Below are positions 35,398 to 43,846 of a DNA stretch of 60,059 nt, piece after piece. This stretch comes from an uncultured Candidatus Saccharibacteria bacterium (GTDB lineage: Bacteria; Patescibacteriota; Minisyncoccia; Phycocordibacterales; DATGWK01): the NCBI GenBank assembly GCA_964390475.1, contig CAYMIB010000001.1:1-60059 (forward strand), written 5' to 3'. The notes under the pieces were generated by a model. The model saw only the letters and a program-made list of their open reading frames with translations. It was not told the origin of the DNA and searched no databases. A program made the translations under genes and the position numbers. Numbering within the stretch: position 1 is the stretch's first letter; each line of letters begins with the position of its first letter.

Positions 35398-35462
35398 GAA
35401 AGCATTATAGTATACTTACTCGAAGCGATAAAATTGAAGCCGAAAATACCTCCCATACCTCT

Positions 35463-35981
35463 ATGGTTACTCAAATTAACTACCCGTATTTGCCCGATGG
35501 TCGTAGCTTCAAGTATGTTTCTATTGACAATCAATTCATGCGACTGGCTCGAAGCTACGCCATGTCCAATTCAGTTGATGACGACACTCCGACTGGTTCA
35601 GTGATTGTAAAAAATCAGGCAATCGTCGGTCTTGGGGCAAATGGCACTGATTATCATAAGAAAAATGTCTGTGTGCGCGTGGTAAAAAAAATTCCAACCG
35701 GACAAGGCTACGAACTTTGTGAAGGCTGTAATCCAAAAAATCACAGCGAGCCTAGGGCGATTGCTGATGCAATTTCAAAAAAGCACGAAACGAAAGACGC
35801 AGATCTGTATCTATGGGGTCACTGGTGGTGCTGCAGATGGTGCTGGGCTTCTATTATTGAAGCCGGAATAAAAAATGTTTACTTGCTTGAAGACAGTCAG
35901 AAATTATTTGACGATAATTCAAAGGAAAATATTCTTGGCAAACAATTTAAATTATTCGCCGCTGAATTACAGTCTAGATAA
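35463..35981 (+). CDS. dCMP/cytidine deaminase-family zinc enzyme
   Basis: An HSEPRAI (HxE) motif and a later Cys pair (WWCCRWC). Sits among dNMP-metabolism genes. Confidence 0.6.
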   Translation: MVTQINYPYLPDGRSFKYVSIDNQFMRLARSYAMSNSVDDDTPTGSVIVKNQAIVGLGANGTDYHKKNVCVRVVKKIPTGQGYELCEGCNPKNHSEPRAIADAISKKHETKDADLYLWGHWWCCRWCWASIIEAGIKNVYLLEDSQKLFDDNSKENILGKQFKLFAAELQSR

Positions 35982-35993
35982 AAGATATAAAAC

Positions 35994-37169
35994 ATGAAAG
36001 ATAAAGAAATTGCAAAACTCATAAAGTCTGAATCAACCCGACAGAAAAAAGTTGTGAATCTTATCGCCTCTGAAAATTATGTGTCAGACGATGTGCTTGA
36101 AGCTCTTGGTTCAAAACTCACTAACAAATACGCCGAAGGCTATCCAGGTAAAAGATATTATGGAGGCAATAAATTTTCGGATGAAGTAGAAGATTTGGCC
36201 CAAAAACGTGCCCTGAAACTTTTCGGCCTGACTGCAAAAAATTGGCATGTAAATGTGCAGGCATTGTCTGGTTCCCCAGCAAACTTGGCGGTGTATTTTG
36301 CTCTCGTTTCTCCGCACGGAAAAATTATGGGCATGAGCCTTGATCACGGGGGACACTTAACCCACGGTCATCGAGTTTCTATGACTGGAAAGTTTTGGAA
36401 TCAGATTCCATATGGTGTCGATCCAAACACTGAGGTTTTGAACTACGACGAGGTGCGCAAGATCGCCATGGAGCATAAGCCAAACATTATCGTTGCTGGC
36501 TTCACTGCCTATCCGCGAAAAATTGATTTTAAAAAGTTTCGAGAAATTGCTGACGAATGCGGGGCGTTTTTGATGGTCGACATGTCACATGTTGCCGGAC
36601 TCGTGGCTGGTGGGGTGTACCCGAATCCGTTTGAATACGCTGACATCGTGACGACTACTGTGCATAAAACTCTGCGCGGTCCACGTTCAGCTCTTATTTT
36701 TGCCCGTAAAGATGCTCGCGAACTCGACAAGAAAATCGACAAAGCAATTTTCCCAGGTCTACAGGGCGGTCCCCATTTAAATCAAATCGCGGCGGTCGCA
36801 GTGGCGCTCAAAGAGGCTTCGACGCCGGCCTTTAAAAAGTACTCAGCTCAGGTTGTAAAAAACGCCTCGGCGCTTGCGGGCGAACTCAAAAAACTCGGCT
36901 GGAAAATTATTTCCGGTGGCACGGACACCCATCTCATTCTCGTCGACACCTGGATGAAGGGCGCGGGAATTTCTGGCGCTGAAGCAAGTACTCGTCTTGA
37001 AAAAGAGGGAATTATTGTAAACAAAAATACGATTCCGTATGAAACCCGTTCAGCGTTTGATCCGTCGGGAATTCGCCTTGGCACTGCGGCGGAAACGACG
37101 CTCGGTAAAAAAGAGAAAGATATGGTGGCGATTGCCCGGAAGATTAACAGGATCTTAAGATTGAAATAA
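35994..37169 (+). CDS. glyA: Serine hydroxymethyltransferase
   Basis: LIASENYVS, YAEGYPGKRYYGG, TTTVHKTLRGPR. Confidence 0.9.
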   Translation: MKDKEIAKLIKSESTRQKKVVNLIASENYVSDDVLEALGSKLTNKYAEGYPGKRYYGGNKFSDEVEDLAQKRALKLFGLTAKNWHVNVQALSGSPANLAVYFALVSPHGKIMGMSLDHGGHLTHGHRVSMTGKFWNQIPYGVDPNTEVLNYDEVRKIAMEHKPNIIVAGFTAYPRKIDFKKFREIADECGAFLMVDMSHVAGLVAGGVYPNPFEYADIVTTTVHKTLRGPRSALIFARKDARELDKKIDKAIFPGLQGGPHLNQIAAVAVALKEASTPAFKKYSAQVVKNASALAGELKKLGWKIISGGTDTHLILVDTWMKGAGISGAEASTRLEKEGIIVNKNTIPYETRSAFDPSGIRLGTAAETTLGKKEKDMVAIARKINRILRLK

Positions 37170-37883
37170 ATGAAAAAAACCTCGGCGAAAAAAGGCAAAC
37201 TCATTGTTATCGACGGCATCGACGGTTCAGGTAAAGCGACTCAAGTCCGACTTTTGGCGGATCATTTAAAAAAAGATGGGGTGAAAATTAAGACCATTGA
37301 TTTTCCGCGGTACGAAGAGAACTTTTTTGGCGGACTCATAGGTCAGTTTCTTTCCGGTATGTACGGCGATTTTATTCAGGTCGCGCCGCGTCTGGCCTCG
37401 GTCCTTTACGCCGCAGATCGTTTTGAATCAAGTAAAAAAATTCGTGGTTGGCTCAAGCAGGGCTACACAGTTGTTGCAGACCGTTATGTGAGCGCGAATC
37501 AGATTCATCAGGGCGGAAAAATTCCGAATGCGAAACAGCGCCGAGAATTTTTGGCTTGGCTCGACAAGATGGAGCATGAAGTGTTTGGTATTCCTCGGCC
37601 GGACTTGGTGGTATATCTCGACGTACCGTTTGAAGTCAGTAAAGAGTGGCTACAGAAAAAAGTCGCTCAAGCGAAAAAGGTTTATCTCAAAGACGGTCGC
37701 CGCGACGTTGCCGAGGACAATCTTCTTCATCTTGAACATTCCCGCAACGGCGCACTCGAGCTCGTTCGAACTCAGAAAAATTGGATAAAGATTCAGTGTT
37801 GTCAGGGAATGGTCTGCATGTTGCCGGAAGGTGTGCACGAGGAGGTTTATAAAATCGTGAAAAAGAAACTCGGCCGAAAATAA
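37170..37883 (+). CDS. tmk: Thymidylate (dNMP) kinase
   Basis: IVIDGIDGSGKATQ P-loop and DRYVSANQIHQGG. The start directly abuts the glyA stop. Confidence 0.8.
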   Translation: MKKTSAKKGKLIVIDGIDGSGKATQVRLLADHLKKDGVKIKTIDFPRYEENFFGGLIGQFLSGMYGDFIQVAPRLASVLYAADRFESSKKIRGWLKQGYTVVADRYVSANQIHQGGKIPNAKQRREFLAWLDKMEHEVFGIPRPDLVVYLDVPFEVSKEWLQKKVAQAKKVYLKDGRRDVAEDNLLHLEHSRNGALELVRTQKNWIKIQCCQGMVCMLPEGVHEEVYKIVKKKLGRK

Positions 37884-37916
37884 ATCTGAGAATGTATCAA
37901 GTGTTACAATTGCTAT

Positions 37917-38351
37917 ATGCCGCTTACGCTAAAAATTGTCCGACTCGATAAAGAAATGCCAATGCCGAAGTTTGCCCAACCGGGGGATGCGGCGTTCGAT
38001 CTTTTCTCAGTCGAAAAAGTCACCATCGCTCCAGGCGAACGAGTGCAGGTAAAAACGGGGCTCAAAATGGAGATTCCCAACGGTTATGTCGGTTTCATTT
38101 GGGATAAAAGCGGGCTTTCGCACAAGGCAGGGCTAAAAACACTTGGCGGGGTGATAGATGCCAGTTATCGTGGTGAAGTCATGGTCGGCATGATCAATCT
38201 TTCAAAAGAGTCGTATACTTTTGAAAAAGGTCACAAGGTTGCTCAGATGGTGATTCAGAAGCGAGAAGATGTCAGTATTGTTGAAGTCGAGGAAGGTGAG
38301 CTTTCCGAAACAGCGCGGGGTGAAGGGGGTTTCGGTAGTACAGGAAAATAA
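37917..38351 (+). CDS. dut: dUTP diphosphatase
   Basis: GDAAFDL, GVIDASYRGEV and RGEGGFGSTG motifs. Confidence 0.9.
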   Translation: MPLTLKIVRLDKEMPMPKFAQPGDAAFDLFSVEKVTIAPGERVQVKTGLKMEIPNGYVGFIWDKSGLSHKAGLKTLGGVIDASYRGEVMVGMINLSKESYTFEKGHKVAQMVIQKREDVSIVEVEEGELSETARGEGGFGSTGK

Positions 38352-38376
38352 TCAGGAAAATGATGAAGAAAGTTTT

Positions 38377-40098
38377 ATGTTTAATTTTTTAAAAATTTTC
38401 AGCGGGCGAAAAAATGGGCAATCAAAAACTGACTTGGTTCGGTCGGTTATTTTAAATGAGCTAAAAAAAATCTCGATCGACGCGACACCTGAAGAGTTGG
38501 ATTACCCAAAGAACCTTTCAAACGGTGATTTTTCTTTTTTCATTAAAGACAATAGTGTCGACCCGACCACACTGCCGATTGGTCAAATTTCTCATTCGTA
38601 TATTGAGAAAGTTTCGGTACTTGGCCGCTTCATTAATTTTTATTTATCTAAACAGTTTTTTGCAGACTGTTTGGAAAGTGTTATTGAGGCAAAGAGTGGG
38701 TTTGGATCAAACGAAAATTTGGCGGGGCGAAAGGTCATCATTGAATACACCGACCCGAATTTATTTAAAGAACTCCACATTGGCCATTTGATGAGCAACA
38801 CGGTGGGTGAGTCGCTTTCTAGAATTATTGAATGGAATGGGGCGAGTATAAGCCGGGCGATTTATCAGAGTGATGTTGGACTTAACGTCGCCAAAGCTAT
38901 TCGGGGCATTATTGATTTGGAAAAAGAAAAGCCGGTTGATACAGCATCACTTCAGGAAAAAATTTCGTTCATTGGCCGCGCTTACGCCCATGGCTCTGGT
39001 TTGTATGAGAACAACCCTGAAACCAAAAAAGAAATTGACGCACTGAACAAAATTGTTTACGAAAAATCCGACTCGCAGGTCAATGAGATTTATGATTGGG
39101 GGAAGGAAATCAGCCTGGAGCACTTTGAAGAATTGTATAAAAAACTCGGCACGAAGTTTGATTATTATTTTCTGGAAAGTGAAGCGGCGCCGATTGGCCT
39201 TTTTGCAGTCGAAGAACTTTTGGAAAAGGGGATTTTGGAAAAAAGCGAAGGCGCAGTGGTGTTCAAGGGCGAGCGGTACGGCCTGCACACTCGCGTTTTT
39301 GTGAACTCGCTTGGCTTGCCGACATATGAAACAAAAGAGCTCGGACTTTCTAAAATGAAATTCGACCGCAAGGATTGGGATCAGTCTATCGTGATCACTG
39401 CCAACGAACAGACGGATTATTTTACGGTCGTACTAAAGGTGCTTGAGTTTTATGATCACCGCGCGGCCAATCGGACCAAGCACGTCAGTCACGGCATGCT
39501 TCGTTTTGCTGAAGGGAAGATGTCTTCGCGAAAAGGGAACGTTATCACAGGTGAATCACTCATCTCTGATGTCGAGGCACTCGTGCAAGAAAAAATAAAA
39601 GACCGCGACCTGCCAGCTGATGAGAAAGACGAAATTGCCGAGCAGGTGGCTGTTGGAGCGATCAAATATTCCATCCTTAAACAATCTCCGGGTCGCGACA
39701 TCATTTTCGATTTTGAAAAATCCCTTTCATTTGAAGGCGATTCAGGTCCGTATTTGCAATACACCCATGCAAGGGCGTGTTCAATTTTGCGCAAGGCAGC
39801 CGAACAAAAAATTCACAGCGACACTTCCAAAATTTCTGATCAAATAAGTGACATCGAACATTTGCTTATTCGTTTTCCGGCTGTCGTCGAAAGAGCTCAA
39901 AAAGAATTGGCGCCGCAACTCATCACCACATATCTCACCAATCTCGCCGCGGCATTTAACCATTACTACGCTGAACAAGTGATTGTTGATGCGGGGAAAT
40001 CAGAATCTGCATACCGCATCGCCCTGACTATGGCGGTGAAAAATGTTTTGGGAAGTGGCCTGTGGCTTTTGGGAATAAAATCGCCGGAGAGGATGTAG
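38377..40098 (+). CDS. argS: Arginyl-tRNA synthetase
   Basis: TDPNLFKELHIGHLMS (HIGH) and MSSRKG. The track ORF start at 38269 overlaps dut, so the ATG at 38377 was chosen. Confidence 0.85.
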   Translation: MFNFLKIFSGRKNGQSKTDLVRSVILNELKKISIDATPEELDYPKNLSNGDFSFFIKDNSVDPTTLPIGQISHSYIEKVSVLGRFINFYLSKQFFADCLESVIEAKSGFGSNENLAGRKVIIEYTDPNLFKELHIGHLMSNTVGESLSRIIEWNGASISRAIYQSDVGLNVAKAIRGIIDLEKEKPVDTASLQEKISFIGRAYAHGSGLYENNPETKKEIDALNKIVYEKSDSQVNEIYDWGKEISLEHFEELYKKLGTKFDYYFLESEAAPIGLFAVEELLEKGILEKSEGAVVFKGERYGLHTRVFVNSLGLPTYETKELGLSKMKFDRKDWDQSIVITANEQTDYFTVVLKVLEFYDHRAANRTKHVSHGMLRFAEGKMSSRKGNVITGESLISDVEALVQEKIKDRDLPADEKDEIAEQVAVGAIKYSILKQSPGRDIIFDFEKSLSFEGDSGPYLQYTHARACSILRKAAEQKIHSDTSKISDQISDIEHLLIRFPAVVERAQKELAPQLITTYLTNLAAAFNHYYAEQVIVDAGKSESAYRIALTMAVKNVLGSGLWLLGIKSPERM

Positions 40099-40224
40099 GA
40101 CAGTTGGCATGGGCATTCTTGATTACTTGACATGTAAGGTACTTTGTATTACTCTGCCCGATAGAAAGTAACGTACTTTTGACGAGTCGATGGACCGAAA
40201 TACCCCGTAGATAGGGAGCAAACG

Positions 40225-41055
40225 ATGGGTTCCAAGAATAGTAGTAAGGGCAAGCCAGTGCCAACTGATGACACGTTTGGGGAGTATGTGGCAAACGTTT
40301 TGCGCGGAATGCAGCCTGGGTATCCAGTAGACGTGGTGAGTCCGCGGGAAATTCTGATAAATGGTCGTCGTCTGGATCCGGATAATCTCCTTCGAATGGT
40401 GAACAATGAGCCTGACCGTGGACAGGAAATTGTGGAGCTTTACCTGGAGCAATTGTTGCTTGGTGAGGTGATCCAACTCGCGACGATACCCTTCGACTTT
40501 GCAAGGCCCAGGATCATGCCACGTATCCGGCCCGAGTCGATCTTCGAGCATCTCTCTCGTGATCAGGTCGCACACGTGCCGTTTGTGAACGATACTGTGA
40601 TTACGTTTGTGACCGATCTTCCTGATATGACAATTTCGATCACCACCGATCAACTGACACGGTGGAAGGTGCCGATCAGTGAGATTGACAAGATTGCACG
40701 ACACAATCTGGATAGCCGTCTGGATAAAAATCTTTCTTACCCGGATATCCAGACTGCTCGAAATCACCACAGTGAAATGGTGGCCATTGGTGTTAGTGAT
40801 GGATACGACGCGTCGAGGTTGCTGTTTGTTGATTTGTTCGAGCGTATGCAACCTACCCTCGGTAAAAAATTCTACGTGGCCATTCCGGCTCGTGACTGTT
40901 TCACGGCATTCAACTGTTCTAACGATAGTGCGCTTCAGAATATGCGTGGCATGATTCAGAGTGACTTTATGAAGCTTCCATATCCAATCACACCAGCATT
41001 GTTCACTGTCACCAGCGACGGCGTCGTTGGGTCAGAAGATTTGGCGAAGAAGTGA
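40225..41055 (+). CDS. DUF1444 (YtpQ/UPF0354)-like protein, paralog 1
   Basis: IMPRIRPESIFE...HVPFVNDTVITFVTD...SDGYDASRLL...YVAIPARDCF parallels the B. subtilis YtpQ pattern from memory. GC-rich. Confidence 0.5.
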   Translation: MGSKNSSKGKPVPTDDTFGEYVANVLRGMQPGYPVDVVSPREILINGRRLDPDNLLRMVNNEPDRGQEIVELYLEQLLLGEVIQLATIPFDFARPRIMPRIRPESIFEHLSRDQVAHVPFVNDTVITFVTDLPDMTISITTDQLTRWKVPISEIDKIARHNLDSRLDKNLSYPDIQTARNHHSEMVAIGVSDGYDASRLLFVDLFERMQPTLGKKFYVAIPARDCFTAFNCSNDSALQNMRGMIQSDFMKLPYPITPALFTVTSDGVVGSEDLAKK

Positions 41056-41069
41056 CAACTTGACATCAA

Positions 41070-41097
41070 AGCCCTGGAAAACCGGGGCTTTTTTCTT
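41070..41097 (+). terminator. Intrinsic terminator
   Basis: AGCCCTGGaaaaCCGGGGCT followed by a T-run. Confidence 0.7.
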
Positions 41098-41118
41098 TGT
41101 CTCTATTGTCAGTATCGT

Positions 41119-41147
41119 TTGACAAAATCTTTTTAAATAACTATTGT
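41119..41147 (+). promoter_or_regulatory. Sigma70-type promoter TTGACA-17-TATTGT
   Basis: Canonical spacing, with CAGA 6 nt downstream. Confidence 0.55.
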
Positions 41148-41189
41148 TTCCCGCAGAGTTTGATCATTTTAAAAGCAAAGGAGTTCGAT

Positions 41190-42035
41190 ATGACGACGCC
41201 ACCTGCTGACAATGCTGGTCCGCACCTTGAATCACAGCCCGACCCGACCTCGGGAAATGCCTCAGAGTGGAATCCTCATGCGACTGACGGCAGTCCGCCA
41301 CCATCTCCGACCGACCCAGTGAAGCAATTTTCCGGACATAAGTTTGCGCTCAAAACAATGCTCGGTGATTGCAGTGGCCTTGTTGATGAACTCGAAGCGT
41401 CGGGCCGACTTACGCCCCACAACATTCAGTCAGTGATGTCGGGTGTGTCTATGCTAAAGGCGCAGGCACGTGAGACGTTGCGGAACGGACTCTACAGGCT
41501 GACGTTTGATGAAGTTCGAGACAGTCTGAGTGTTTCATCCTCGAGAATTGAGACGATCATCGACATGCCGGCTACTGACAAGATGTTTGTGGTCAAGGAG
41601 CACTTCGTCCAAGACGCTGTGGGGGTGAGTGGAATAAAGTTTATTCACCTAGACCAGCTGTTTGTTGAAAGATTTCTGACTGGGGAAGGGAAGGTTGAGT
41701 CACCGACGCCTACACACAAGCTCGCTCGAGTGACGATTGTCCATGGCACCAAAGACTCGCGAATTATTGATGAGCTGGGTGGTCCAGATCTTGTTGAAAC
41801 CATGGTCGCTGACGTTTGTCACCTCATTGTTGAGGCAATGACAGATAAAAATCTCCAACTGGACATGGATGGATGGGAAAACATTTTCTACATTCGTGAT
41901 TTGATCGGCGAACTACAAGTGGTGCACGTATGGGAAGACGACGCAGGTTGGGTTGTTAATACTCGAGCTATCGATAGTCAGCCAAACGGACAAGATGGAA
42001 AGTGTCGAGTGTTTGTTCGAACCCTTGTCCCTTAA
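41190..42035 (+). CDS. Hypothetical protein (GC-rich orphan)
   Basis: ATG preceded by AAAGGAG. 281 aa with a Pro-rich N-terminus. Confidence 0.5.
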   Translation: MTTPPADNAGPHLESQPDPTSGNASEWNPHATDGSPPPSPTDPVKQFSGHKFALKTMLGDCSGLVDELEASGRLTPHNIQSVMSGVSMLKAQARETLRNGLYRLTFDEVRDSLSVSSSRIETIIDMPATDKMFVVKEHFVQDAVGVSGIKFIHLDQLFVERFLTGEGKVESPTPTHKLARVTIVHGTKDSRIIDELGGPDLVETMVADVCHLIVEAMTDKNLQLDMDGWENIFYIRDLIGELQVVHVWEDDAGWVVNTRAIDSQPNGQDGKCRVFVRTLVP

Positions 42036-42077
42036 ATGTGAATTTGATTAGCGTAACCATGAAAGAAGTTTTTTCAA

Positions 42078-42105
42078 CACCCCGGCTTCGGGGTGTTTTC
42101 TTTTT
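42078..42105 (+). terminator. Intrinsic terminator
   Basis: ACACCCCGgcttCGGGGTGT followed by a T-run. Confidence 0.75.
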
Positions 42106-42138
42106 GCCAAGAAATCGCAGTGGAAGTAGTATTTACGC

Positions 42139-42615
42139 ATGAAACACGCCACAAATTGTTTTCTCCTTCGCGCAGACGGAAAAGTTTTGCTGTCGATGAA
42201 AAAGCGCGGTTTTGGGGTTGGTAACTGGAACGGGTCGGGCGGGAAAGTTCAAGAAGGTGAGAGTGTTGAAGAAGCGGCCGTGCGGGAAGTTTCCGAAGAA
42301 ATCGGGGTGACGCTCGCGACAAAGGATCTTGAAAAAGTTTACGAACTAAACTATATAAAAACCGATGACCCACAATGGGGGATGTTTGTCCACGGTTTTA
42401 TCGTTCGAACCTGGAGCGGTGAGCCGACAGAAAGCGAAGAAATGAAACCAGCTTGGTTTGATCTAGATAAAATTCCATACGACAAAACCTGGGCAGACAC
42501 CAGGCACTGGTTGCTAAAAGTACTGGCTGGCGAAAAAGTAAAAGGTGATTTTATATACAAACCAGACGGTAAAAGTCTGGAGCGTTTTGATGTGGCCAGT
42601 GTTGTAAACTTCTAA
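42139..42615 (+). CDS. NUDIX hydrolase (MutT-like)
   Basis: Nudix box GGKVQEGESVEEAAVREVSEEIGV. Confidence 0.85.
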   Translation: MKHATNCFLLRADGKVLLSMKKRGFGVGNWNGSGGKVQEGESVEEAAVREVSEEIGVTLATKDLEKVYELNYIKTDDPQWGMFVHGFIVRTWSGEPTESEEMKPAWFDLDKIPYDKTWADTRHWLLKVLAGEKVKGDFIYKPDGKSLERFDVASVVNF

Positions 42616-42746
42616 AACACACAAACACCAGGCTGAATTTTTCAATTGACGCATACAATAATCTGTATTATTATCCCGAACAGAAAGTTCCTCGTAATCG
42701 AACTGGTTGATCTGATGATCTCTTTCAAGGAAAGAAAGGATAAGTC

Positions 42747-43721
42747 ATGAGTCAAGTCGAGGCTAGCAAGTCCAAACTGAACGATTTACTCGTTAACTTG
42801 GCACAAGCCACTCGGACTGGTGAACTCACTATGGAGCAACTGGAGTGGTTTTCGAAGTCGACTAAGGAGCAGCGCGAAAAGTTGCTAGAAGACATGCGGT
42901 CAGCTTGCTCCCTGTTAGAGGAAGAGACCGCACGCGAAGCAAAAGTCGGTTTCGCAGCATTTGTGGCGCAAACCTTGCGTAGGATTAATCCCAAGCTTTC
43001 GGTTGTTGAAGTATCTGCGATGGAAGTTCAGGTTGATGGTCGGCGCCTCGACCTAGAGAACATCTGGCGCATGGTGAATCATGATCCTGAACGAAAGACG
43101 GAAATTATTGAGCACTACCTGAATCAAATGTTTTTAGGTGATGGAATTCAATTGAGCACAATGTCTTTCGAGTTCGCCAGACCCAAGATTATGCCGCGCA
43201 TCCAGCCCGAGTCGATTTTCGAACTCCTCTCGCGTGATCACGTCGCCCACGTACCGTTCGTCAACGATACGGTGATTGTGTTTGTGACTGATCTGCCGAA
43301 TATGACAATTTCCATCACCACCGAGCAATTGGTGAGATGGAAAGTGTCAGCTGAAGACATCGGTAGGATTGCCAAAGAAAACCTTGCCAAATACGTTCCT
43401 GATCTGGAAGTCAGTCTCGTCGAGAGCAAAGAAGGTGCACAGGCTGCGATTTTTGGTCAGCACGATGGCTACGACGCAGCCCGTCTCTGGCTTACTGGAC
43501 TCTACGAGCGTTTTTGCGATCAACTTGGCGGCGACTTTTTTGTCGCTGTGCCAGCCCGGGACATGTTTGTGGCGTTCAGTCGTGGTCCGGAGCCTTTCAT
43601 ACGGCGATTACGAGAGCGCGTAACATCAGACTTCAAAAGACTTCCGTACCCGATCTGCCCGGACTTTTTTCTGGTCACTCGCGATGGTGTTGCCGGGACG
43701 AAGCCAGTGTCTGCGTTCTAG
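42747..43721 (+). CDS. DUF1444 (YtpQ/UPF0354)-like protein, paralog 2
   Basis: Shares a long ungapped block with the 40225 gene (IMPRIQPESIFELLSRDHVAHVPFVNDTVIVFVTDLPNMTISITTEQLVRWKV). Confidence 0.5.
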   Translation: MSQVEASKSKLNDLLVNLAQATRTGELTMEQLEWFSKSTKEQREKLLEDMRSACSLLEEETAREAKVGFAAFVAQTLRRINPKLSVVEVSAMEVQVDGRRLDLENIWRMVNHDPERKTEIIEHYLNQMFLGDGIQLSTMSFEFARPKIMPRIQPESIFELLSRDHVAHVPFVNDTVIVFVTDLPNMTISITTEQLVRWKVSAEDIGRIAKENLAKYVPDLEVSLVESKEGAQAAIFGQHDGYDAARLWLTGLYERFCDQLGGDFFVAVPARDMFVAFSRGPEPFIRRLRERVTSDFKRLPYPICPDFFLVTRDGVAGTKPVSAF

Positions 43722-43752
43722 TAATCGATTTAGTTAATCAAACACATCACAA

Positions 43753-43781
43753 AGACCCTGCTTCGGCGGGGTCTTTTCTTT
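43753..43781 (+). terminator. Intrinsic terminator
   Basis: AGACCCtgcttcggcGGGGTCT followed by a T-run. Confidence 0.7.
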
Positions 43782-43846
43782 ATTTCGGATTTCCGGTTTT
43801 TACAGTTTTTGCCATTTGGGTCTAAAAAAGCTAGTATTTTAGCACT

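Noticed and set aside
38269-38376. N-terminal 36-codon extension of argS overlapping the end of dut
   Set aside because: The extension is out of character for ArgRS and overlaps the conserved dut C-terminus (GGFGSTG) in another frame. The ATG at 38377 gives a normal ArgRS N-terminus.
40028-40851. Long antisense or alternative-frame ORFs inside GC-rich genes (examples: 40123-40851, 6047-6427, 6691-6972, 7112-7339, 22356-22979, 30687-31463, 31619-32056, 49389-49850, 55692-56543, 16015-16557)
   Set aside because: They overlap ORFs with recognisable domains or much better RBS/terminator context, have skewed low-complexity compositions (Arg/Ser/Pro-rich), and lack start contexts. They are typical shadow ORFs of GC-rich coding sequence.
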